Positions 27,555 to 37,198 of a stretch of 64,000 nucleotides of DNA are shown piece by piece; within the stretch, counting starts at the first letter, position 1; every line of letters starts with the position of its first letter. The stretch lies in the NCBI GenBank assembly GCA_017939755.1, contig JAGBAJ010000015.1, forward strand, positions 227-64,226, given 5' to 3'. Position numbers and translations under genes: made by a program. The stretch comes from Clostridia bacterium (GTDB taxonomy: Bacteria > Bacillota > Clostridia > TANB77 > CAG-508). The notes under the pieces were generated by a model. It was not told where the DNA came from and ran no database searches. It saw nothing but the letters and a program-made list of their open reading frames with translations.

Positions 27555-28679
27555 GTGAATTTTATTTTAGGCAAAAAAACATTTATTGGTACTAATGATA
27601 AAAAGAGGCTAACAGCCCTAATTGCAATTGGAGTAATGATAATGTTAGCTATTAGTTTAGTGGGTACTAATTACAAGGTAGCATACAAAGTCACTTTAAA
27701 TGGAAGTGTACTTGGATATATAAAAGACAAAGAAGAATTTGCTTGCATGATAACAAATAAAGTACTAAATCAAGATAATGAAAATATGGAATTAGTTATT
27801 TTAAACGAACTTCCACAATATTCATTATCGCTAGTAAGTAAAAACGAATCAACAAATGAAGAAGCCATTTTAAAAATTTTAAAGTTAAAAGCAGAAGTAA
27901 CATATAAATTATATGCAATAACATTAAATGGAGAAGATAAAGCATATGTGGATACAATGGAAGAAGCTCAAAACAAAGTTAACGAATTAACAGAGCAATA
28001 CAAAGAAAATCTAGATTCAGAGTTTGGTATAAGAGAAGTCTATACAGATAATGTATTAGAATATAAAAATATGAAATATGCGACGATTAACGAGTTAGAT
28101 GGTAGACTAAATGATGAAAAAAAAGCTAAAGAAGAAGCTGCAAGAAAAGCAGCTGAAGAAGCTGCAGCAAAAAAAGCCGCTGAAGAGGCTGCTGCAAAGA
28201 AGGCTGCTGAAGAAGAAAAAGCAAAAAAAGCAGCTTTAACACAATCATATGCTCCAGTAGAGCATCAGAATTTAGATGGAGTTAAAGTAGCTGGTGTATC
28301 ATTTTCGGTTTCACCAGTGTCAGGAAGAATTTCTTCAAGATATGGAGCTAATGAGAGTATAAGAAATCATACACATAAAGGACTAGATATTGCGGCAAGC
28401 AATGGTACGCCTATTTACGCTGTAGCAGATGGACAAGTAGAATATGCTCAATATAACAATGGTGGATATGGTAACTTAGTAAGAATATCTCATGGAAATG
28501 GTGTAGAAACGTACTATGCACATTGTAGCAAATTATATGTGTCTGCTGGCCAACATGTAACAGCAGGAACATGTATTGGTGCTGTAGGTTCAACGGGTAG
28601 GTCAACAGGTAACCATTTACACTTCGAGATAAGAATAAATGGATCTCAAGTAAATCCACAAAATTATTTATATAATTAG
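27555..28679 (+). CDS. M23 family metallopeptidase
   Basis: HKGLD, YYAHC, GSTGRSTGNHLHFE; N-terminal TM segment; EAAAKKA linker. Confidence 0.9.
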   Translation: MNFILGKKTFIGTNDKKRLTALIAIGVMIMLAISLVGTNYKVAYKVTLNGSVLGYIKDKEEFACMITNKVLNQDNENMELVILNELPQYSLSLVSKNESTNEEAILKILKLKAEVTYKLYAITLNGEDKAYVDTMEEAQNKVNELTEQYKENLDSEFGIREVYTDNVLEYKNMKYATINELDGRLNDEKKAKEEAARKAAEEAAAKKAAEEAAAKKAAEEEKAKKAALTQSYAPVEHQNLDGVKVAGVSFSVSPVSGRISSRYGANESIRNHTHKGLDIAASNGTPIYAVADGQVEYAQYNNGGYGNLVRISHGNGVETYYAHCSKLYVSAGQHVTAGTCIGAVGSTGRSTGNHLHFEIRINGSQVNPQNYLYN

Positions 28680-28705
28680 AAGAAATATAAAAGATATAGT
28701 ATAAA

Positions 28706-28754
28706 GTGACCCCGAATTATTAGACGAAAAGGTTTAATAAGGAGGGTCTTTTTT
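28706..28754 (+). terminator. Hairpin/terminator, possibly derived from IS3-type ends
   Basis: GACCCCGAATTATTAGAC...GTTTAATAAGGAGGGTC followed by a T-run. Confidence 0.45.
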
Positions 28755-28951
28755 ATGTAATGGGAAAGTAAAATTTTGAATTAGTTGATTTTATGTTGCA
28801 AAAACATCAGCTAAAACGTAAAAAATATATTAAAATCATACAAAATTGCGTAAAAAATGAAAAAAACGCTGCATTTATTGACATAAAGTGGAAAAAACTT
28901 AAAATATGTGGTATAATAGATACAGAGTTTTGAAAAGAAAGGGTAAGATAT

Positions 28952-30130
28952 ATGAGAGAAAAAAGAAGAAGTGGGAGAAAGTGGTTATATTGGTTTTCAT
29001 TAGCATTATCACTAATAATAATATATAAGGTATTAGATTCATTTTCTTCAATTACTGGATGGATTTCTAGATTTTTTTCAGTAATAACTCCATTTGTAAT
29101 TGGTGTAATAATTGCATATATTTTATACATACCATCTAAAAAGATTGAAAAACTACTAAATAAATCAAAAATACTTAAGAAAAAATCAAGAGGATTAAGC
29201 GTCTTTATAGTTTATGTAATGTTGTTTGCAATTATCATAATGGCAATTAGATTTTTAGTACCGCCATTAATTTCAAGTTTCCAAGACTTAGTAACAAATT
29301 TTCAAGCTTATTATGTTGGAATTAGAGATAAAATAATGGCATTGCCAGAAGATTCAATCTTAAAAAGCGATTATGTAATTGATGCGTTAAATGGCGTTAC
29401 TAGCATTAAAATTGAAGATTATATTAATTTAGAAAAAATTACATTATATGCACAAGGAATTTTAAGTGTTGCATCTGGTGTACTTGATGTATTTGTTGCT
29501 TTTGTGGTTTCTATTTATTTATTACTTGAACGTAGAGAAATTGTGGAATTTTGTAAAAGATTTGTTAAAGCAAACTTTAAGGAAAGTGTATATAGAAATG
29601 TAGCTAGATATTTTAGAAAATCAAATGAAATATTCTGTGGATTCCTAGTAGGTCAGTTGACAGATGCAATAGTGGTTGGTATTTTAACATCAATTGCGAT
29701 GTCAATCATGGGCGTTAAATATGCTGTTATGCTTGGACTATTTATAGGAATATTCAATATGATTCCATACTTTGGTGCTATAATTGCGGTTGTAATTTCA
29801 ATTTTTATTACTTTACTAACAGGTGGATTACCATTAGCTGTCGAGATGACTATAGTAGTTATCATACTACAACAAGTTGATGCCAATATTATTAATCCTA
29901 AAATTGTGGGTGATTCAGTAAAGATTAGTCCATTATTAGTAATTTTATCAGTGACTATTGGAGGAGCATATTTTGGTGTGTTAGGAATGTTTTTAGGTGT
30001 TCCTGTTGTTGGAATATTAAAATTATTTATAGATGACTATGTTAAATACAAAGAAAATGTAAAAAAGGCTGAATTACAAAGAGCTAATTCTATGGATTCT
30101 AATTTTAGTGAAATTGACAAGACAGAGTAA
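28952..30130 (+). CDS. AI-2E family transporter
   Basis: PFVIGVIIAYIL, NMIPYFG, QQVDANIINPKIVG. Confidence 0.9.
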   Translation: MREKRRSGRKWLYWFSLALSLIIIYKVLDSFSSITGWISRFFSVITPFVIGVIIAYILYIPSKKIEKLLNKSKILKKKSRGLSVFIVYVMLFAIIIMAIRFLVPPLISSFQDLVTNFQAYYVGIRDKIMALPEDSILKSDYVIDALNGVTSIKIEDYINLEKITLYAQGILSVASGVLDVFVAFVVSIYLLLERREIVEFCKRFVKANFKESVYRNVARYFRKSNEIFCGFLVGQLTDAIVVGILTSIAMSIMGVKYAVMLGLFIGIFNMIPYFGAIIAVVISIFITLLTGGLPLAVEMTIVVIILQQVDANIINPKIVGDSVKISPLLVILSVTIGGAYFGVLGMFLGVPVVGILKLFIDDYVKYKENVKKAELQRANSMDSNFSEIDKTE

Positions 30131-30173
30131 TTAGCATAGAACAAAGTTACAATGATGAAAGAAGAGGAGATTT

Positions 30174-32195
30174 ATGGCAAATAATAATAAGTTTTTTGAT
30201 AGATTTGTATCAAAAACAAAAATTTATTTAGTTATAATTGCAATATTACTTATAGTATTGTGTGTTATTATGCCTGTGTGCATAATACCAGCAATACTTA
30301 TTTATGCTGCAATTTTAGCTTATTCTCTTTGGACAGATAATAAAAGAAAAAATGAAATATCGGAAAAAATTGAAGAGCTTAATTTTAGCTTAGATAAAGT
30401 ATCAAAGCGTACATTAATTAATGCACCATTTCCACTATTAATTGCAGAAACAACTGGAAATATTATTTGGAAAAATGCTAAGTTCGGCCAAGAATTCAAT
30501 CATGGAGATATAAAAAAGGTAATGGCGGATCTTTTAAGCGATATTAAGCTAGAAATTGAGAATAACGAAAAAATAAAAAATAACAGAATAGATACAAAGG
30601 CGGTAATAGACAAGAAGAAATATAAAGTTGTTGGTGAGTATATTAGAACCAAGAATAATGCTAGGGGAAATAATAATCAAGAAAAAGAATATATGGCAAC
30701 ATTGTATTTCCTAGATGAAACTGAAAAAGAAAAATTAATAGAAGATTATGAAGACTCTAGATCTTGTTTTGGTGTTGTAAAGATTGACAATTACGAAGAA
30801 ACGATGCAAAGGGTGGATGACGAAGATCAAAGTCAGATAATGGCTAAAATAGAAAAGAATATCTATGATTGGGCTAATGAATTTAATGGAGTTCTTATAA
30901 AATCTGAAAGAGATACTTATGTACTAGTATGCATGGAAAAGGATTTAGAAAAGCTTCAAGATGACAAGTTTACAATCTTGGATACTATAAAGGGAATTAA
31001 CATGCCAGAAAAGGTTCAGGCTACTTTAAGTATTTCAATCTCTAATGAAGGTGAAGATTATTATGAAAAATTAAAACATGCTAGAGATGGTATTGATATT
31101 GCACTTGGTCGTGGTGGCGATCAAGCGGTAGTTAGATCTGATGGAAAATATATATTCTTTGGTGGTAGAACAGAAGAACTTGAGAAACGTACTAAAGTCA
31201 AGGCAAGAGTTGTTGCTCAGGCTTTAGAAGAAGTTATGTTAGATTCAGAAAAAGTTTTTATTATGGGACATTCAAATGGTGATATGGATTCTATGGGATC
31301 ATCACTTGGTATATACAGAATGGCTAAAACATTAGGTAAAGAAGCTTATATTGTTAATGAGACATATGGAATGAGCTTAGAAAAATTTATTGAATCAATA
31401 AATGAAGACGAAACATACGACGATGTATTTATTACAAAAGCAGAAGCATATCAAATGGCAAACAGCGATAGTTTAGTAGTTGTAGTTGATACAAATAAAA
31501 AGACGTACGTAGAAGCCCCTGATTTATTAAATATCACAAATAAGATAGTTGTTATTGATCACCATAGAATGAGTACTGAATACATTGAAAATCCTATTTT
31601 ATCTTTCCAGGAAGTATACGCATCATCTGCATCAGAGCTTGTTACAGAGCTAATTGTGTATTCAAAACATGACATTAAGTTAGCAGATCTTGAAGTAGAA
31701 TCGCTATATGCTGGTATAATGATGGATACTAAAAATTTTACATTCAAAACAGGTGTTAGAACATTTGAGGCTGCTGCATATCTACGTAGATGCGGTGTTG
31801 ACATTATTAAAGTTAAAAAGTGGTTTCAAAGCGATTTTGGTACCTATACAACTATTTCTGAAATTGTTGCAAAGGCAGAAGTTGTATATGATAGTATTGC
31901 AATTGGCATATATGACAAAGAAGACGAAAACGCTAATATTATAGGCGCTAAAGCTGCAGATACATTGCTAACAATAAGTGATATAAGCGCATCTTTTGTA
32001 ATAGGGATTAATGGCAAGAAAATATTTATTAGTGGTAGATCTATAGGTAATATAAACGTCCAAGTTATACTTGAAAAAATGGGCGGTGGAGGTCATATTA
32101 CATTGGCTGGTGCTCAAATTGAGAATAAATCAATTGAAGAAGTTAAGAAAGAATTAATTGATAATATTAATGAATATTTTATAGAGCTGATATAA
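30174..32195 (+). CDS. gdpP: c-di-AMP phosphodiesterase (TM-PAS-degenerate GGDEF-DHH/DHHA1)
   Basis: ALGRGGDQAVV, IDHHR, DTKNF, GGGGH. Confidence 0.92.
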   Translation: MANNNKFFDRFVSKTKIYLVIIAILLIVLCVIMPVCIIPAILIYAAILAYSLWTDNKRKNEISEKIEELNFSLDKVSKRTLINAPFPLLIAETTGNIIWKNAKFGQEFNHGDIKKVMADLLSDIKLEIENNEKIKNNRIDTKAVIDKKKYKVVGEYIRTKNNARGNNNQEKEYMATLYFLDETEKEKLIEDYEDSRSCFGVVKIDNYEETMQRVDDEDQSQIMAKIEKNIYDWANEFNGVLIKSERDTYVLVCMEKDLEKLQDDKFTILDTIKGINMPEKVQATLSISISNEGEDYYEKLKHARDGIDIALGRGGDQAVVRSDGKYIFFGGRTEELEKRTKVKARVVAQALEEVMLDSEKVFIMGHSNGDMDSMGSSLGIYRMAKTLGKEAYIVNETYGMSLEKFIESINEDETYDDVFITKAEAYQMANSDSLVVVVDTNKKTYVEAPDLLNITNKIVVIDHHRMSTEYIENPILSFQEVYASSASELVTELIVYSKHDIKLADLEVESLYAGIMMDTKNFTFKTGVRTFEAAAYLRRCGVDIIKVKKWFQSDFGTYTTISEIVAKAEVVYDSIAIGIYDKEDENANIIGAKAADTLLTISDISASFVIGINGKKIFISGRSIGNINVQVILEKMGGGGHITLAGAQIENKSIEEVKKELIDNINEYFIELI

Positions 32196-32382
32196 TAACA
32201 ATCAGAGAAGGTCTAAATGTTTTTTCATTTGGACTTTTCTGTAATATATTATTTATAATTAGAAAGTAAATTGTTCATCAATCACTTTACAAATTTACAT
32301 AATTATAGTATAATATGTTGTACGCTAGATTGTAATAGAAAATTTTATATGAACTTATCTGAATATAAATTAAGGAGGGTAT

Positions 32383-33051
32383 ATGGCAGACAAGAATGGA
32401 AAAAAAATAGAAACAGATGTAAGTGGAGATAAAGAGCAAAAAGTGAGTATCCTTGAAGGAATAACTACTTTATTGCAAAGGGGTTATAAGTTTTTTAAGC
32501 TTGATGGAAAAGGAAACTATGTAGCAAAAGGTGAACGCATTAAGTTAAATGGTAGGGGATGGCCTAGAAGAGAAGAAGCAGACGAATCACCTTTAGAGCC
32601 AGCAGAGATAATAACAAAAGATTATTTTTTTGAAGAGTTAAAAGAACAATATGCAAAAATAATAAGTGATATTAAAATTATTTCAGGGCTTCAACACGCT
32701 AGGAACCAAGTATTTATGGGAATATTTAATGATATTACTACATTTAAAAATATGGTTAATGAAAATGCAGAACAATTAAAAAATGAAGAGAAATTAACAG
32801 AAGCAAATTCACTACTTAAATCAATAGAAACCGCCGAAGAAATACTTCAAAGATATTATTTAAGCGGTCTTGGAGATTATGGATATGAAAGAGAGAAAAG
32901 GGCGATTGCCTTTGAAGAAAATAGAAGAGCTGTTGAATTATATAGAAAAGTCAGACATAAATCTTTAAGCAACGATGCAGGATTTGGCCCTCACATTACT
33001 ATAACAAACAATCAAAATCTAGATTTAACAGATAATAATGAAAATAGATAA
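32383..33051 (+). CDS. Hypothetical protein (orphan)
   Basis: AAGGAGG RBS, upstream TTTACA-17-TATAAT, downstream terminator. Confidence 0.8.
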   Translation: MADKNGKKIETDVSGDKEQKVSILEGITTLLQRGYKFFKLDGKGNYVAKGERIKLNGRGWPRREEADESPLEPAEIITKDYFFEELKEQYAKIISDIKIISGLQHARNQVFMGIFNDITTFKNMVNENAEQLKNEEKLTEANSLLKSIETAEEILQRYYLSGLGDYGYEREKRAIAFEENRRAVELYRKVRHKSLSNDAGFGPHITITNNQNLDLTDNNENR

Positions 33052-33090
33052 TAAAAAATACTTAATTAGTATGAAAGTACTAATTAAGTA

Positions 33091-33175
33091 TTTTTTTATA
33101 CATTAGGAAAGTTTTACTTTACTATTATATAAAAACAAACATTGCACACAAAGTTAAGATAGCTGTGTAAACGAA
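33091..33175. repeat. Terminator-docked structured repeat, copy 2
   Basis: TTTTTTTATACATTAGGAAAGT...ACTTTACTATTATATAAAAA followed by CATTGCACACA. Confidence 0.7.
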
Positions 33176-33282
33176 AGAAAATTTAGTAGACTTCACTTGA
33201 TTAATTGAATCTTTTAATATATCATATAGGAAATTATTGGCGAAAAAAATCGTTATATACAGGAGAAGAAGGAAGGTTAAAA

Positions 33283-36200
33283 ATGTACTTAAAAAGATTA
33301 GAATTACAAGGATTTAAATCATTTGCAGATAAAACCATATTGGAGTTTAAACCAGGAATTACAGCAGTAATTGGACCAAATGGTTCAGGAAAAAGTAATA
33401 TTTCAGATAGTATTAGATGGGTTCTGGGAGAGCAAAGTATGAAGTCTTTAAGAGGTGCAAAATCTGAAGATATTATTTTTGCTGGAACGCAAAATAGAAA
33501 ATCTTTAGGATTTGCAGAAGCATCAATAGTAATTGATAATTCAGATGGAGAATTACCTGTTGAATATTCAGAAGTTACAGTTACAAGAAAAATATTTAGA
33601 AGTGGAGAAACTGGGTATTTTATTAATAAAGTTCCTTGCAGATTAAAAGACATCTTAGAGCTTTTTATGGATACAGGTATAGGAAAAGATGGTTATTCCA
33701 TAATAGGTCAGGGAAAAATTGATGAAATTTTAAGTAATAAATCTGAGGATAGAAGACACATATTTGAAGAAGCGGCAGGTATTGTAAAATATAGAGCTAG
33801 AAAGACAGAGTCAGAGAAAAAGCTAGAACAAACTAAACTGAATCTTCTAAGAATAAATGATATATTGTCAGAGATTGAATCTGGGCTAGATCCATTACGA
33901 ATTCAATCAGAAAAGGCTAAAAGATTTTTAGAATTACATGAAACACTAAAAGATATTGAGGTTGGATTGTTTATTCATAATATCGAATCATATAAAGAGA
34001 AACTCGAACAAATTGTAGAAGACTTAAAGGTTATTGAAGAGCAAAAAAATAATGAAGAAGATAAATTAAGTAAAATACAAAATGATAAGGCTAGCCTAAA
34101 GACTTTAATAGATAATCTAACAGAGGAAATTGAAAAATGCCAAAATTTAGGATTCGAAAGTACAAATAAAATCGAAAAAATAAATTCAGAAATTAATGTA
34201 GCCAATGAAAAAATTTCAAACAATAAAACAAATAATGAAAGGTTGCTTACAGAAATTGAAGAATCAAATGAACGTATAAAAGACTTAAATGAAGAGAAAG
34301 AAAATAAATCTAAAAAGAAGGATTCTTTATTCTCAAATAAAGAAAAGTTTGAAAAAGAGCTACAAGAAAAAGAAAAAGAGCTTAAAAAATTAACTGATAG
34401 TATGTCTTCTCAAGAGCTTGAAATAGAGGGAAAAAAGCAAAAAGTAGAGAAAGATACTGATGAAAAATATGAAAAAGGAATTCAAATAAGCGCTATTGAA
34501 ACTAATATTGAAAATTTAGTAAAGAGACAAAAAATACTAAAAAATGACATCTCAGATGCTATTTCAGACCTAGATAGAGCAAGAAATCAAAAGCAAGATA
34601 TATCTAAAGAGTTTTCTAAAATTGAAAATGAAAAAAGTAAGTTATCAAAACAAATTGAAGACAACTTAAATAAGAAAGAAGAAATAGAAAATAAAATTAA
34701 AGAATATGATGACGAAATTGACAAAGTTTCATACAATATTAGAATGAAGGATTCAAGAAGAAAGTTCTTAATAGAAACTGAAAAAGAAAAAGAGGGTTAT
34801 ACAAAGGCTGTTAAAGCATTATTAACTGATTGCGAAAAAGATTCAGCTCTTGGAAATGGCGTTCATGGAATAATTGCAAATTTAATTTCTGTGGATAAAG
34901 AATATGAAGATGCTATAGAAATGGCACTTGGTGGAATGCTTCAAAATGTAGTAACTGATGATGAAGAGACTGCGAAAAGATTGGTTCGCCATTTAAGAAA
35001 TAATAATCTAGGAAGAGCTTCTTTTTTACCAATTACATCTATGAAGCCATTAAAAATAGACAAAATAAAAGGTAAGTTTCCAGGTGTTATTGGAGTGGCT
35101 GCAGAAATAGTTAAGTATGAAAAAAAATACGAAAATATAATATATAATTTGCTGGGAAGAACAGTCATTGTAGATAATATAGATACAGGAGTTGCTCTTG
35201 CAAAAGAAAATAAATATTCATTTAGAATTGTTACTTTAAAAGGTGATATTATTAATAGCTCAGGAGGCATAACAGGAGGTTCGGTTGCTCAAAAAACTAT
35301 AAACATTTTAGGCAGAGGAAGAGAGATAGAGGCTCTAACACAAGAGCTAAAAGCTTTAAACTCAAAACTTGAAAAAGTAAGTGAAAGTAAAAAAACATAT
35401 CAAGAGTCTATTGCGGAATTTACTGAGCAGTCAAAGGCTTTAGATCAAAAAATGCTAGATTTTAATATTGTGTACGCTACTGAAAAACAAAAAATGGTTT
35501 CTGTAGAGGAATCAGTTCTAAGATTTGAAAATACATTAAAGAAGCTTAAGGACGAAGATGCAAAAATTGCTAAGCAAAAAAGTGAGCTTGAGCAGCAGAA
35601 AAATAAGATTCATGAAGAAATAGCTGTGTATGAAAAGGAGATTAGTGAACTATCTATCATCATAAAAGAATTTGCAGATAAAAATAGCGAAAATCAAAAA
35701 TACATAGATGATTTAAACTTTGATATAACAAATTTAAAAATCTCCGTTTCATCGTTTGATGAAAGTGGAACGTCTATAGATGAGATGATAGACCGTATTG
35801 ATAAGGACATAGAGAATTACAATAAGGCAATAGAATCTAAAAACAAACAGATAGAAGATATTCAATCAGAAAATGATAATCTAACCAAAAGTATACAGAC
35901 GTTTAAAGCACAAATTAATGAAATACAAAATAATGTTTCTACAAGTGCTGAAAAGATAGAATCTTTAAAAGATAAAAGATTAGAAAAAAATAAAGAATCT
36001 GAAAAGTTAGAGGTATCTATTACTGATCAATTTAATCTACTTGAAGATTTAAAAGGAAACATTGTTAAGATTGATGTTAAGAAAACAAAATTTGAACAAG
36101 ATATTGAAGTAATTGTTAATAATTTGTGGGAAGAGTATGAACTTACTCCAAATACTACAACCAATTACAAAAAAGTGGATAACGTTCAGAATACTCAAAA

Positions 36201-36837
36201 AGAAGTTAATAGTATTAGAGCAGAGATTAAAGAGCTTGGAAGCATTAATGTTGACTCAATTGAAGAATATAAAAAGACAAAAGAGCGTTATGATTTTATG
36301 TGCGTACAAAGATTGGACTTAGAAGACACTATTTCAAAATTAAGAAAGATGATTTCAGAAATTACAGATACAATGAAAAAACAATTTGTTGAGAAGTTTA
36401 AATTGATAAATAAAAATTTTAATGAAGTTTTTGTTGAATTATTTGGTGGGGGAAAGGCAGAGCTAATTCTTGAAGACGAAGATAATGTCCTTGAATGTGG
36501 AATTGATATAAAAGCACAGCCAACAGGAAAAAAATTGCAAAATATGATGCTACTTTCTGGTGGCGAAAAAGCTTTCACTGCAATCGCATTATTGTTTGCA
36601 ATATTAAAAATAAATCCAGCACCATTCTGTATATTAGATGAGATTGAAGCAGCACTAGATGACGTTAATGTTTTCAGATATGCAGAGTATTTAAAGAAGT
36701 TCTGCGAAGAGACACAATTCTTAGTTATTACTCATAGAAAGGGAACTATGGAAGTTGCTGATACAGTATATGGAGTAACAATGGAAGAAAATGGTATAAG
36801 TAAATTATTATCAATGAAACTTGCAGAAAGTAAATAG
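33283..36837 (+). CDS. smc: Chromosome segregation protein SMC
   Basis: MYLKRLELQGFKSF, GPNGSGKSN, hinge GRASFLP, LSGGEK, LDEIEAALD. Confidence 0.97.
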   Translation: MYLKRLELQGFKSFADKTILEFKPGITAVIGPNGSGKSNISDSIRWVLGEQSMKSLRGAKSEDIIFAGTQNRKSLGFAEASIVIDNSDGELPVEYSEVTVTRKIFRSGETGYFINKVPCRLKDILELFMDTGIGKDGYSIIGQGKIDEILSNKSEDRRHIFEEAAGIVKYRARKTESEKKLEQTKLNLLRINDILSEIESGLDPLRIQSEKAKRFLELHETLKDIEVGLFIHNIESYKEKLEQIVEDLKVIEEQKNNEEDKLSKIQNDKASLKTLIDNLTEEIEKCQNLGFESTNKIEKINSEINVANEKISNNKTNNERLLTEIEESNERIKDLNEEKENKSKKKDSLFSNKEKFEKELQEKEKELKKLTDSMSSQELEIEGKKQKVEKDTDEKYEKGIQISAIETNIENLVKRQKILKNDISDAISDLDRARNQKQDISKEFSKIENEKSKLSKQIEDNLNKKEEIENKIKEYDDEIDKVSYNIRMKDSRRKFLIETEKEKEGYTKAVKALLTDCEKDSALGNGVHGIIANLISVDKEYEDAIEMALGGMLQNVVTDDEETAKRLVRHLRNNNLGRASFLPITSMKPLKIDKIKGKFPGVIGVAAEIVKYEKKYENIIYNLLGRTVIVDNIDTGVALAKENKYSFRIVTLKGDIINSSGGITGGSVAQKTINILGRGREIEALTQELKALNSKLEKVSESKKTYQESIAEFTEQSKALDQKMLDFNIVYATEKQKMVSVEESVLRFENTLKKLKDEDAKIAKQKSELEQQKNKIHEEIAVYEKEISELSIIIKEFADKNSENQKYIDDLNFDITNLKISVSSFDESGTSIDEMIDRIDKDIENYNKAIESKNKQIEDIQSENDNLTKSIQTFKAQINEIQNNVSTSAEKIESLKDKRLEKNKESEKLEVSITDQFNLLEDLKGNIVKIDVKKTKFEQDIEVIVNNLWEEYELTPNTTTNYKKVDNVQNTQKEVNSIRAEIKELGSINVDSIEEYKKTKERYDFMCVQRLDLEDTISKLRKMISEITDTMKKQFVEKFKLINKNFNEVFVELFGGGKAELILEDEDNVLECGIDIKAQPTGKKLQNMMLLSGGEKAFTAIALLFAILKINPAPFCILDEIEAALDDVNVFRYAEYLKKFCEETQFLVITHRKGTMEVADTVYGVTMEENGISKLLSMKLAESK

Positions 36838-36907
36838 CTGTTTTTAGGGACTACTCTCAAAAAAACACCATAAGATGTTTTTTTGAGAGTAGTCCCTAAA
36901 AACAGCT
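36836..36907. repeat. 32-bp perfect inverted repeat with an 8-nt loop
   Basis: Arms at 36836-36867 and 36876-36907. Confidence 0.85.
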
Positions 36908-37198
36908 CTAGAAACATTAGGTATAAAATAAAGAAAATTTCATATGCATTTTAGAGCAGACAATATTGGTAACTTATATCATGCAAACACTAGGGAAAAA
37001 ATGACTTGCAACAAGCAAAAAATATTACTAAAATATTACAAATTCATTACAAATATTGCAAAAAAAATAAAAAAATTTACATAAAAGCAAAAAAAATGCC
37101 TTCTTTTCTTGAAATCCGTATATAATTATGATATAATGGAACTCAGTTTTGTAGGGGAATATAATCTGCAGAATAAAAGAAAGGAAGGATCGTTGAAT

